Part shown: positions 20,002 through 29,358 of the stretch, piece by piece
Numbering within the stretch: position 1 is the stretch's first letter
How the letters are laid out: every line of letters begins with the position of its first letter
Assembly: GCA_964405015.1 (NCBI GenBank)
Contig: CAYOME010000001.1
Span: forward strand, 165,584 to 229,583
DNA: 64,000 bases
Direction: 5' to 3'
Source: an uncultured Candidatus Saccharibacteria bacterium
Lineage (GTDB): Bacteria; Patescibacteriota; Dojkabacteria; SC72
Translations under genes and position numbers: made by a program
Notes under the pieces: generated by a model
What the model saw: the letters and a program-made list of their open reading frames with translations, nothing else
Told to the model about the DNA's origin: nothing
Database searches by the model: none

Positions 20002-20115
20002 ATGAAAAAATCAACATCTTCATTTTTAAAAAAAGCTTTCAGCATATTCATAGCTCTAATGATGATAGCAAGCTTACTCGTACCTATATTACTCACGATA
20101 TTTGATTACCTCTAA
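20002..20115 (+). CDS. small single-TM membrane protein (37 aa)
   Basis: MKKSTSSFLKKAFSIFIALMMIASLLVPILLTIFDYL; TAGAAT 7 nt upstream; fills the gap before recG. Confidence 0.55.
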   Translation: MKKSTSSFLKKAFSIFIALMMIASLLVPILLTIFDYL

Positions 20116-20121
20116 ACACAT

Positions 20122-22122
20122 ATGACCCCTTCTACGAAACTAGAAGAATTAAAAGGGGTAGGTGAAGCTCAATCAAAGAAATTTGAGAAATTGGGTATAA
20201 CAAATATTAAACAATTACTCTTCCATATACCCTTTAGATACAGAGATACTTCAGAGATATTAAATATAACTGATTTTAAATCACTACAAGAGGGTACATT
20301 TTTAGGACAAGTCCTTGAAACTAAAAATATATATACAAGAACAGGAAAGGTGTTAACCAAAACTAAAGTTACGGATGGAGTAGATACTCTGGACATATCT
20401 TTTTTCAATCAAAGTTACCTAGCTAAAGTTCTTAAACCCCAAGAATGGTACATCTTTGATGGAAAAATAACTGAAAAGGGAAAAAGTAAAAATATATACA
20501 ATCCTAAATATGAGAAATATACAGGGGATATCTCTAAACAAAGACATCTTGGAAAAATAATTGGGATATATCATGAAACAGAAGGAATATCTTCAAAACA
20601 AATACGAAACCTACTCACAACATTAAAAAAAGATATTAAAAATATACTCGAAGACCCAATACATGAGTACATTCAAGACACATATATACCAATTCAAACC
20701 TCCATATCCAATATCCATTTTCCTAAAGATAGGGAAGAAATAGATATTGCGAGAAAGAGAATAGCTTTCGATGAAATGCTTTCAATAGCACTACCATTAG
20801 AAAAAAATAAGTTAGAGAAATCTCTCCTTAAGTCTAATTCAATATTAGAAGACAAAGTACTTACCAAAGACTTTCTTTCATCCTTACCATTTGAATTAAC
20901 CCTCGATCAAACAAATGCATTAGAAGAGATCCTTGAGGATATCTCAAAAAACAAACCAATGAACAGACTCCTTAATGGAGATGTAGGAAGTGGAAAAACA
21001 GTAGTAGCTGCTCTTTGTATATTACAATGTATTAGAAATGGTTACAGTGCAACAATATTAGCACCAACTACCGTACTTGCTCAACAACATTTTGAAACCT
21101 TTTCAAAATTTCTAAAACCATTTGATATAGATATACAACTTTGGATATCATCAAGAAAAAGTAAGAGCTCTTCTCCTAACTCATTAATAGTTGGTACACA
21201 TGCAATACTCTACAAAAAAGATTTACCCAAAAATCTCAACCTAGTTATCGTTGATGAACAGCATAGGTTTGGAGTAGAACAAAGAGAAAGATTGTTGAAT
21301 ACAACAGATACTACACCTCACTACCTAACAATGACTGCAACGCCAATACCTAGAAGTTTAACAGAGATAGTGTTTGGAAATACCCAAGTAAGTGTAATTA
21401 AGCAAAAACCTAAAAACAGAAAAGATATAGATACAAAATATGTACCATATTCAAAAAGAGAAGACTGTTTAGATTGGGTAGCTAAAAAGATAAAAGATAG
21501 CGGATACAAGGAACAAGCTTTTGTTGTATATCCACTCATAGAAGAGTCTTCAAATTTAGAAGCTAGGGCAGTTTTAACAGAATTCGAAAATCTTAAAAAC
21601 AACAACTTTAAAGATCTTAAGGTAGAGATATTACACGGGAGACTTAAAGACAAAGAAAAAACAGATATTTTAGAAAGATTTAGTAAAAAAGAATTTAATA
21701 TATTAGTAACTACATCTGTAATTGAAGTAGGTATAGATATTACAGATGCAACAATAATGGTAATAGAAGATGCACATAGATTTGGATTAGCTCAGTTACA
21801 CCAGCTTAGAGGTAGAGTAGGTCGAGGAGATCTACAATCCTACTGTTTTGTATTAGCAGGTAAAGAAGAAGAGGACAGTAATGCAGTAGAAAGGTTGAAA
21901 TATTTTTCTTCACATAATTCTGGTTTTGATGTAGCAGAATATGATCTACAAAGAAGAGGCCCTGGAGAGGTATATGGTCTTAAACAATCAGGTGTTCCTC
22001 AATTTAAGGTCGCATCTTTAACTGATATTGAACTTTTTAAAGAAGCAAAGAGTGTTGCAAGAGAGATACTTAGGAGAGATAATATCGATCTAGAATATAT
22101 ATATGAAAATCTTTTTAAATAG
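20122..22122 (+). CDS. recG: ATP-dependent DNA helicase RecG
   Basis: MNRLLNGDVGSGKT, DEQHRFGVEQR, MTATPIPR, FGLAQLHQLRGRVGRG. Confidence 0.96.
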   Translation: MTPSTKLEELKGVGEAQSKKFEKLGITNIKQLLFHIPFRYRDTSEILNITDFKSLQEGTFLGQVLETKNIYTRTGKVLTKTKVTDGVDTLDISFFNQSYLAKVLKPQEWYIFDGKITEKGKSKNIYNPKYEKYTGDISKQRHLGKIIGIYHETEGISSKQIRNLLTTLKKDIKNILEDPIHEYIQDTYIPIQTSISNIHFPKDREEIDIARKRIAFDEMLSIALPLEKNKLEKSLLKSNSILEDKVLTKDFLSSLPFELTLDQTNALEEILEDISKNKPMNRLLNGDVGSGKTVVAALCILQCIRNGYSATILAPTTVLAQQHFETFSKFLKPFDIDIQLWISSRKSKSSSPNSLIVGTHAILYKKDLPKNLNLVIVDEQHRFGVEQRERLLNTTDTTPHYLTMTATPIPRSLTEIVFGNTQVSVIKQKPKNRKDIDTKYVPYSKREDCLDWVAKKIKDSGYKEQAFVVYPLIEESSNLEARAVLTEFENLKNNNFKDLKVEILHGRLKDKEKTDILERFSKKEFNILVTTSVIEVGIDITDATIMVIEDAHRFGLAQLHQLRGRVGRGDLQSYCFVLAGKEEEDSNAVERLKYFSSHNSGFDVAEYDLQRRGPGEVYGLKQSGVPQFKVASLTDIELFKEAKSVAREILRRDNIDLEYIYENLFK

Positions 22123-22124
22123 CC

Positions 22125-22583
22125 ATGGAAATACATATAATATTAGACAATATTAGATCTGCATTTAATGTAGGAAGTATATTTAGATCCGCAGATGGGG
22201 CTGGGTATGTAAAAAAGATATATCTTTGTGGAATTACGACAGAAATAGATAACCCGAAACTAGATAAGACCGCATTAGGTGCTACTGAAATGATACCTTC
22301 CGAACACTACGATACTACCGATGAAGCAATTGATGAAATTAAAGAGTTGGGTATTCCTCTTTTTGCAATAGAGTTAACTGATGATGCTCAACATTTTCAA
22401 AAGATTGAATATCCTAATAAAGTAGCTATACTTTTAGGTCATGAAAAAAGGGGAGTAGATGAGAACTTACTTAGAAGAGTAGATAAAAAAATATATATCC
22501 CTATGAGAGGTATGAAAGAATCTCTCAATGTAGCAAATTGTGCTTCGATAATGCTTTATGAAATTACAAGAGGGTTAGATTAG
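22125..22583 (+). CDS. TrmH/SpoU family RNA methyltransferase
   Basis: LDNIRSAFNVGSIFRSAD, LGHE..G, IPM.G.KESLNV. Confidence 0.9.
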   Translation: MEIHIILDNIRSAFNVGSIFRSADGAGYVKKIYLCGITTEIDNPKLDKTALGATEMIPSEHYDTTDEAIDEIKELGIPLFAIELTDDAQHFQKIEYPNKVAILLGHEKRGVDENLLRRVDKKIYIPMRGMKESLNVANCASIMLYEITRGLD

Positions 22584-22611
22584 GGTGTCAATTCTGATAT
22601 CATATCTATAA

Positions 22612-25485
22612 ATGAAAAAAGAGAAAAAGAAACTTTCTAAACGAACTATACTTCTAGCAGCATTACTTGTAATACTTTTAGGTGTACCAGCAATAATATA
22701 CCTAATAACTTCAAATCAAGAAGAGGGTAGATCATGGTATAGCTCAAGTTGGATGTATAGAAAATCAGTTACTGTATCTGGCAATGGAAGTACAACACTG
22801 ACAAATGAGGATATATTACTAACTATAGATACCTCAACATTAATTGGTCAAGGTAAATTACAATCCGATTGTGATGATTTAAGATTCACGGATAGTAATG
22901 ATTCAACTTTGCTTACGTATTGGATAGAAGCAGGTTGTTACACTACTACGACACAAGTATGGGTAAGAATACCTTCACTACCAGCTGGTGGTAAAACGAT
23001 ATACATGTACTATGGAAATTCTTCTGCTACTTCTGGACAAGCTTCCTGGACTGGTAATTTCATTATGCTTTACAACTCTTCTTGCCCATCTGGATGGACA
23101 AGTATTTCAGGAGCAGGTCAAACCTACAATGCAAGATTCCCATATGGTAGTACAACATATGGAACTACTGGCGGAGGAGCACACAACCATGGGACACCTA
23201 GTTGTACAACAGGAACTTCTTTACAAGGTTCTGTACTTACACAAAGTGATAGCGGTGGACAGACTGCAGGTTCTTCCCATACACATACCAATGCAATGGT
23301 TTCCGTTAACAATGTAACTAATTTGCCACCATATCTGGATATGGTTTTTTGTACAAAATCAAGACTAGATATAAATATTGGGTTAATTACAGTTGCAACA
23401 TCTGTACCTTCTGGATGGACAGCGTTCTCAGCATTAAATTCTCGATTCCCAAGAGGCGCAGCTACATATGGAGGAACAGGTGGAGCAGCTACTCATACAC
23501 ACCCAACAACAGGAGGATATACAACTGGAGCCGCAGCTACAAGTGGTGATACTCCTGGAACAGATAAGGGGGCTTGCCCGCATACACATACTACAGCAAG
23601 TGGAACAACTGATTCTGCAAGTTCATATCCACCTTACATATACACATATTTCGTATCAAAAAATGCAGGAGGTGTAGCACATGCAGGATTAATTTCAATG
23701 ACAACAGCAGCACCACCACTTGGATGGACAAGATTTACAGGATATGATTCTAGATTTCCATTAGGAACAACATCATATGGAACATCATATGGAACAACAG
23801 GTGGAGCAAGTACACATCAACATACCTTAACAATTACTACAAATCTTGGACCAGGAACAAACTGTAGTGAAGGTAGTAGAGCAACTTCTGCTACACCAAC
23901 AAATCATAGTCATAGCTGTACTACAACAGCAGCTTCCGGTTCAACACTACCTCAATATGTAACGACCCTCTACTATCAACGCAAAACATCCTTGGCTGGG
24001 ACTTTGAATTCAGAAGAAGTATTTAATCAAGCACCAACAGCACCAACATCTCTACTTACAGAAGGATATACTAATCCTATACCAGTATCTGATTTAACTC
24101 CAGAATTTAGTGCAATATTTAATGATCCAGATACCTCTGATACTGGTAACTACTATCAAATACAAGTAAATACAAACTCGAGTTTTACTGGTACTGTAAT
24201 GTGGGATAGTGGAAAGACAGCAATATCTCCAATAACTAGAGGAGCAAGATCTACAGATATTTCATATGCAGGGACAGCACTTTCACATAACGGTACAATA
24301 TATTACTGGAGGATAAAGTTTTGGGATCAAAATACCGTAAATAGCGAAGGTGTATGGTCTGCAACTGCGAACTTTACAATGAATAGTGCACCAACAGCAC
24401 CAACATCTTTACTCACGGAAGGATTAACTAACCCTACGAAAGTAACAGATGCGACTCCCGAATTTAGTGCAATATTTAATGATCCTAATCTTTATGATAC
24501 TGGAATATATTACCAAATACTCGTAAATGATTCTGATTCCCCAGGGGACTACTCTTGGGATAGTGGAAAAATTGCAATTTCGGCTATAACAAATGGCGAA
24601 AGATCTACAGATATTTCATATGCAGGAGAGACCCTGTATTTTGATGGAAATACATATGATTGGCAAATAAGATTCTGGGATAATGCCGATGCAGTAAGTG
24701 TATATTCTGCAACAGGCCAATTTACCATGAACAATCAACCAAATCAGCCAAGTAGCATGCTAACAGAAGGATTAACAAATCCAACAAAAGTCTCAGATCT
24801 TACACCTGAGTTTTCAGCCATATATATCGATCCCGATGGAGATGCTCTTGGCCATTATGAAATAGAAGTTAATACAAACAATACTTTTACAGGAACTGTG
24901 ATGTGGGACTCAGGACAAACCGCTATGAGCTTAGCATCTGGAAATCGAACTCCAGACATATCGTATGCAGGGACAACACTTTCATTCAATGGTACCGTTT
25001 ACTACTGGAGAATGAGATTCTGGGACTCTGCAGGAACAGCAGGAGCGTGGACTTGGCCGTACCCCTCCTTTCAAATGTCAGGATCTCCCAATGTTCCAAC
25101 AGATCTCTCTGTAGATGGAGATCCAACACCAACCGCCCTTATAGCTTCAGCTATACCCAAATTTCAAGCAAGACATTCTGATCCTAACGGAGATAGTGCA
25201 ATATATTACGAAATTGAAGTAAACTCAAATAGCTCATTTACTGGGACGGTAAAATGGGATAGCGGTAAACAATCAATGACATCCACAAGTAGTGGAAATC
25301 TTTCTCCAGAGTTGTCATATGCAGGCACTGTCCTTTCATCAAATGGTACAACCTACTACTGGAGAATACGATTCTGGGATACAGATGACAATGTAAGTGA
25401 TTGGTCTGCAACGGCTTCTTTCGTAGATCAATTTCAATATTTTAGATTTGAAGGCCTAAAACTGGAAGGATTGAAGATAAACTAG
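22612..25485 (+). CDS. membrane-anchored surface protein: DUF2341-like domain, 3 HxH repeats, 4 FN3-like repeats
   Basis: N-terminal TM; W.YRK...DLRFTD...YWIE...WVRIP...IYMYYGN (DUF2341-like); internal repeats visible in both protein and DNA. Confidence 0.8.
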   Translation: MKKEKKKLSKRTILLAALLVILLGVPAIIYLITSNQEEGRSWYSSSWMYRKSVTVSGNGSTTLTNEDILLTIDTSTLIGQGKLQSDCDDLRFTDSNDSTLLTYWIEAGCYTTTTQVWVRIPSLPAGGKTIYMYYGNSSATSGQASWTGNFIMLYNSSCPSGWTSISGAGQTYNARFPYGSTTYGTTGGGAHNHGTPSCTTGTSLQGSVLTQSDSGGQTAGSSHTHTNAMVSVNNVTNLPPYLDMVFCTKSRLDINIGLITVATSVPSGWTAFSALNSRFPRGAATYGGTGGAATHTHPTTGGYTTGAAATSGDTPGTDKGACPHTHTTASGTTDSASSYPPYIYTYFVSKNAGGVAHAGLISMTTAAPPLGWTRFTGYDSRFPLGTTSYGTSYGTTGGASTHQHTLTITTNLGPGTNCSEGSRATSATPTNHSHSCTTTAASGSTLPQYVTTLYYQRKTSLAGTLNSEEVFNQAPTAPTSLLTEGYTNPIPVSDLTPEFSAIFNDPDTSDTGNYYQIQVNTNSSFTGTVMWDSGKTAISPITRGARSTDISYAGTALSHNGTIYYWRIKFWDQNTVNSEGVWSATANFTMNSAPTAPTSLLTEGLTNPTKVTDATPEFSAIFNDPNLYDTGIYYQILVNDSDSPGDYSWDSGKIAISAITNGERSTDISYAGETLYFDGNTYDWQIRFWDNADAVSVYSATGQFTMNNQPNQPSSMLTEGLTNPTKVSDLTPEFSAIYIDPDGDALGHYEIEVNTNNTFTGTVMWDSGQTAMSLASGNRTPDISYAGTTLSFNGTVYYWRMRFWDSAGTAGAWTWPYPSFQMSGSPNVPTDLSVDGDPTPTALIASAIPKFQARHSDPNGDSAIYYEIEVNSNSSFTGTVKWDSGKQSMTSTSSGNLSPELSYAGTVLSSNGTTYYWRIRFWDTDDNVSDWSATASFVDQFQYFRFEGLKLEGLKIN
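24031..25425 (+). repeat. four ~350-nt intragenic tandem repeats (P..P..L..EG.TNP...TPEFSA...WDSG...SYAG...YYWRI.FWD)
   Basis: GCACCAACAGCACCAACATCT at 24031 and 24388; further units start near 24736 and 25084. Confidence 0.85.
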
Positions 25486-25500
25486 TAGAATACATACCAT

Positions 25501-26232
25501 ATGAGCTTAAAATTCGATTCATCTAAAAAATTAAGAAAAGAAAAAACCAAACACAAGGTTGAATCTTGGGAAGACTTCGAACAAAGAGAAGATATCTTTT
25601 TGAAAGAAAGACTTCAAGCAAAAGAGCCAACAATATCTGCACAAGTAAGAATAACTGGTGGTAAGGCTAAAAACTTTAGAATAGATATACCAAGAACAAC
25701 AAGACCACTCACGGATAGAATGAAAGTTAGAATATTCGATGTTTTAAGAGAAGACATTGTAAAAAAGAACATTTTAGACCTCTATGCAGGTGCTGGTTCT
25801 TTCGGTTTAGAAGCCCTATCAAGAGGAGCTAAGGAAGCTACATTTGTAGAAGCATCTAAACAAGCAGATCAAGTTATTAGAGCAAATATAGCTCATACAG
25901 GATTTCTACCAGATGCTACAGTGGTTAAGTCTAAAGTAGAAGAATATCTAAGTAAGACAATTAAGGATCAAGATGCTTTCGATATAATCTTCATGGATCC
26001 ACCGTACAAACTTTACAACACAAAAAGAGTATTTAAGATGCAAGATATAATAAATAGCGCATCTAGGCTTTTACCAGGGGTTAGAGACCCTAATACGAAG
26101 AAGTTTAAAGGGGTATTAATAATCAAACATCCTAGAAGATATCCAATAGATAAACTTGAGTTAGGAAATATCAAGAAATTAGAAACTTTTGAATTTGGTT
26201 TAAATTCAATAACCTTTTTCATTGTTAAATAG
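25501..26232 (+). CDS. rsmD: RsmD family methyltransferase
   Basis: RITGGKAK, TRP.TDR, LDLYAGAGSFGLEALSRGA, DPPY. Confidence 0.88.
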   Translation: MSLKFDSSKKLRKEKTKHKVESWEDFEQREDIFLKERLQAKEPTISAQVRITGGKAKNFRIDIPRTTRPLTDRMKVRIFDVLREDIVKKNILDLYAGAGSFGLEALSRGAKEATFVEASKQADQVIRANIAHTGFLPDATVVKSKVEEYLSKTIKDQDAFDIIFMDPPYKLYNTKRVFKMQDIINSASRLLPGVRDPNTKKFKGVLIIKHPRRYPIDKLELGNIKKLETFEFGLNSITFFIVK

Positions 26233-26398
26233 TTTGGATTGCATATTTTATAGAAAAAGAATAAAATACTACGTATGTATAAGAAATATGGCATTAACAA
26301 GTCACTCCTCGTCAAAGTTGTTTACACAACATCCTTTTAATGCTTTTTCTTTTTTTCAAAGAAATTTTTCCATTTTTTAATTCAGTATATATATAACT

Positions 26399-28156
26399 AT
26401 GAAACAAGATGAAGTTAGTAATTTAGAGAAGATGAGACATTCAGCATCTCATGTGTTAGCACAAGCTGTATTAAGAATATATCCCGATGCTAAATTGGGT
26501 ATAGGTCCTGCAATAGATAATGGCTTTTACTATGATTTTGATTTTTCAGAACCAATAGAGGAGAAAGATCTTAAAGCTATTGAAGATGAGATGAAAAAGA
26601 TATTAAAGAGAAAGTTGCAGATAACTCAAACCTTTATGAAACGTAAAGACGCTATTAAATATCTAAAAGATATTGGACAGGAGTATAAACTAGAATTGTT
26701 AGAAGATATTCCCGATGAAGAGGTTAGTTTCTTTGTTACAGGAGATAGTGAGTTCGTAGATATGTGTAGAGGTCCACATGTACAAGATACTGGGGATATC
26801 GGCCCTATAAAGCTTCTAAAGACCGCAGGAGCATATTGGAGAGGTGATGAGACAAAGAAAATGTTAACCAGAATATATGGTACAGCATTTGAAAACAAGG
26901 AAGACCTTAAAGAATATCTTAGACACTTAGAAGAGGCAGAACAAAGGAATCATAGGAAATTAGGTAAACAATTAAAATTGTTTGCAATAATTCCAGAGAT
27001 AGGACAAGGCTTACCTGTATGGTTACCAAGAGGATATATGATCAGAAGGATATTAGAAGAATATATGTTAGATCTTGAAAGAAAAAATGGATATCAACAT
27101 ATTTTAACTCCACATATTAACAGAGGGTTGCTTTTTGAAACTTCTGGACATTTAGGTTTTTACAAAGAATCCATGTATCCAGCTATTAAGATAGAGGATG
27201 AGGATTACTACCTAAAACCAATGAACTGTCCTGCAGGAATGATGGTTTACAAACTTGAACCAAAGAGTTACAGAGATTTACCATACAAGTTAGGGGAATT
27301 TGGAACAGTATATAGATTTGAAAAGTCAGGAGAGCTACATGGTCTTCAAAGAGTAAGAGGATTTACACAAAACGATGCACATCTTTTCTGTACAGAAGAA
27401 CAATTAGAAGGTGTTATTAACGAGACCTTAGATTTGTTAGATACTTTCTACAAAGATATAGGGTTTGATAAATATAGATTTAGGCTATCCATATCTGACA
27501 GAGAAAAGAATCCTAATAAATATGCAGGAGACCCGGAGAAGTGGAAGATAGCTGAAGAGAAACTTAGAAAAGTATTAGTAGATAGAGAATTAGAGTTTGA
27601 AGAGATGCCTGGAGATGCGGCATTCTATGGACCTAAGATCGATATACAAGCTGTAAATGTATTTGGTAAAGAGGATTCAGTATCTACAATACAGTTAGAT
27701 TTTAACCTACCTGAGAAATTTGAAATTAAATATGTTGATTCAGATGGGGTAGAGAAACAACCATTTGTAATACATAGAGCATTAATTGGATCATTTGAAA
27801 GATTCTTTGCATTCTTAATAGAACATCATGGTGGAGATTTCCCACTTTGGTTAGCACCAGATCAAGTTACAGTTGTCCCTATATCCGAAAAACATAACGA
27901 ATATGCACAAATGATTTTGCAATCCTTAAAGAATTCAGACATTAGAGCTGAAATTGATGATAGGAACAAGAGTATGCAAGCAAAAATTAGAGATGCAGAG
28001 AAGTTAAAGATTCCATATCTTGTAATAATTGGTGACAAGGAAGTAGAGACTGAGACAGTATCTGTAAGATCTAGATCAAACAAGCAAATTGGCCTTATGA
28101 AGAAGCAAGAGTTCATAGACTACCTTTTGGAGGAAATTCGTACCAAAGGTAGATAA
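26399..28156 (+). CDS. thrS: threonine--tRNA ligase
   Basis: RHSASHVLAQAV, DMCRGPHV, KPMNCP, GLQRVRGFTQND, FYGPKID, HRA..GS.ERF. Confidence 0.97.
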   Translation: MKQDEVSNLEKMRHSASHVLAQAVLRIYPDAKLGIGPAIDNGFYYDFDFSEPIEEKDLKAIEDEMKKILKRKLQITQTFMKRKDAIKYLKDIGQEYKLELLEDIPDEEVSFFVTGDSEFVDMCRGPHVQDTGDIGPIKLLKTAGAYWRGDETKKMLTRIYGTAFENKEDLKEYLRHLEEAEQRNHRKLGKQLKLFAIIPEIGQGLPVWLPRGYMIRRILEEYMLDLERKNGYQHILTPHINRGLLFETSGHLGFYKESMYPAIKIEDEDYYLKPMNCPAGMMVYKLEPKSYRDLPYKLGEFGTVYRFEKSGELHGLQRVRGFTQNDAHLFCTEEQLEGVINETLDLLDTFYKDIGFDKYRFRLSISDREKNPNKYAGDPEKWKIAEEKLRKVLVDRELEFEEMPGDAAFYGPKIDIQAVNVFGKEDSVSTIQLDFNLPEKFEIKYVDSDGVEKQPFVIHRALIGSFERFFAFLIEHHGGDFPLWLAPDQVTVVPISEKHNEYAQMILQSLKNSDIRAEIDDRNKSMQAKIRDAEKLKIPYLVIIGDKEVETETVSVRSRSNKQIGLMKKQEFIDYLLEEIRTKGR

Positions 28157-28182
28157 TTAATTTATATATACATACATATTAA

Positions 28183-28725
28183 ATGGAGTTTAACGCTCAA
28201 AAAAGTAATAAAGATTTAGGATTAAGAGTAAATGAAGGTATTAGAATACCTGAAGTCCTAGTTATCGATCAAAATGGAGAGAATTTAGGTAAACTTAATA
28301 CTCAAGAAGCAAGAAGAGTAGCACAAGAATCAGGTTTAGATTTAGTAGAAGTTGGTCCAAATTCAACACCTCCTGTTTGTAGAATAATGGATTACTCTAA
28401 ATATGTATATGAACAGAACAAAAAGTTAAGAAAAAACAAAGCTGGTAAAGCAAAAGATCTAAAGGAATTTAGATTTAGTCCAGTAATAGATTCTGGTGAT
28501 ATGAATACTAGAATAAGGAGAGCTTTAGAATTTCTTGAAAAAGATCATCCTGTACGTATAACTGTACAGAAAAAAGGTCGTCAAACATATGAACAAGCTC
28601 GTTCAATTTTTGATGAAATATTGACTAATTTCAATGAATATAGTACTATCGAACCCGAACCAAAGAGTGAAGGTAATAGAATTAGTATAACGTTTAAGAA
28701 AAATGGCACGTCAAAAAACAAATAA
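28183..28725 (+). CDS. infC: translation initiation factor IF-3
   Basis: NEGIR, LDLVEV, PPVCRIMDY; thrS-infC-rpmI-rplT synteny. Confidence 0.95.
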   Translation: MEFNAQKSNKDLGLRVNEGIRIPEVLVIDQNGENLGKLNTQEARRVAQESGLDLVEVGPNSTPPVCRIMDYSKYVYEQNKKLRKNKAGKAKDLKEFRFSPVIDSGDMNTRIRRALEFLEKDHPVRITVQKKGRQTYEQARSIFDEILTNFNEYSTIEPEPKSEGNRISITFKKNGTSKNK

Positions 28726-28918
28726 AACTGCAGTAAAAAGAATAAAGCTTTCAAATCCAAAAGGAAATAGGAAGGCTAAAATGATGTACAACCAAAGTCA
28801 TCAAGGTCACTTGAAGACAAAAAGGTCATCAAGATCAAAAAGAAGACAAAGCTCAGATGCTTTGGTCTATAAAACTACACAAAAGAATCTTAAAAAAGTA
28901 GTTGTTAACTTAAGCTAA
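28703..28918 (+). CDS. rpmI: 50S ribosomal protein L35
   Basis: KT.K.A.KR, H...K; basic; synteny. Confidence 0.85.
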   Translation: MARQKTNKTAVKRIKLSNPKGNRKAKMMYNQSHQGHLKTKRSSRSKRRQSSDALVYKTTQKNLKKVVVNLS

Positions 28919-28925
28919 TAGAGAA

Positions 28926-29264
28926 ATGAGAGTAAAGGGTGGTACAGTAAGAAAAAGAAGACATAACAAGATCCTAGCAAAGACTAGTGGATATAGAATG
29001 ACCAAAAATAGCTTGTATAAGGTTGCTCATGAAGCATATATGCATGCTGGTCAATATTCATACAATGACAGAAGAAAGAGAGCAGGAGATATGAGAAACT
29101 TGTGGATACAAAAGATTAATGCAGCATGTAAGAATAATGAGATTCAATACAAAGATCTTATCGATGGATTGAATAAAAAGAATATTGAATTAAATAGGAA
29201 AGTACTTGCAGATATTGCAGTAAATGATCCTTCAGTTTTTACCTTTATCGTTAAATCTCTGTAG
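28926..29264 (+). CDS. rplT: 50S ribosomal protein L20
   Basis: MRVKGG, R.LWI..INAA, LNRKVLADIA. Confidence 0.96.
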   Translation: MRVKGGTVRKRRHNKILAKTSGYRMTKNSLYKVAHEAYMHAGQYSYNDRRKRAGDMRNLWIQKINAACKNNEIQYKDLIDGLNKKNIELNRKVLADIAVNDPSVFTFIVKSL

Positions 29265-29284
29265 GGTCTTTGATTTGATTGTAT

Positions 29285-29312
29285 AAAAGGACTCTACAAG
29301 GAGTCCTTTTTT
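29285..29312 (+). terminator. intrinsic terminator after rplT
   Basis: AAAAGGACTC-TACAAG-GAGTCCTTTTTT. Confidence 0.8.
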
Positions 29313-29358
29313 GTTTTAAAATATTGTATACTTCAACATAAAATCATATATATAGAAT

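Noticed and set aside
28183-28185. infC starts with ATG rather than ATT
   Set aside because: An in-frame stop immediately upstream confirms the ATG, but canonical starts for infC occur in many lineages; low novelty.
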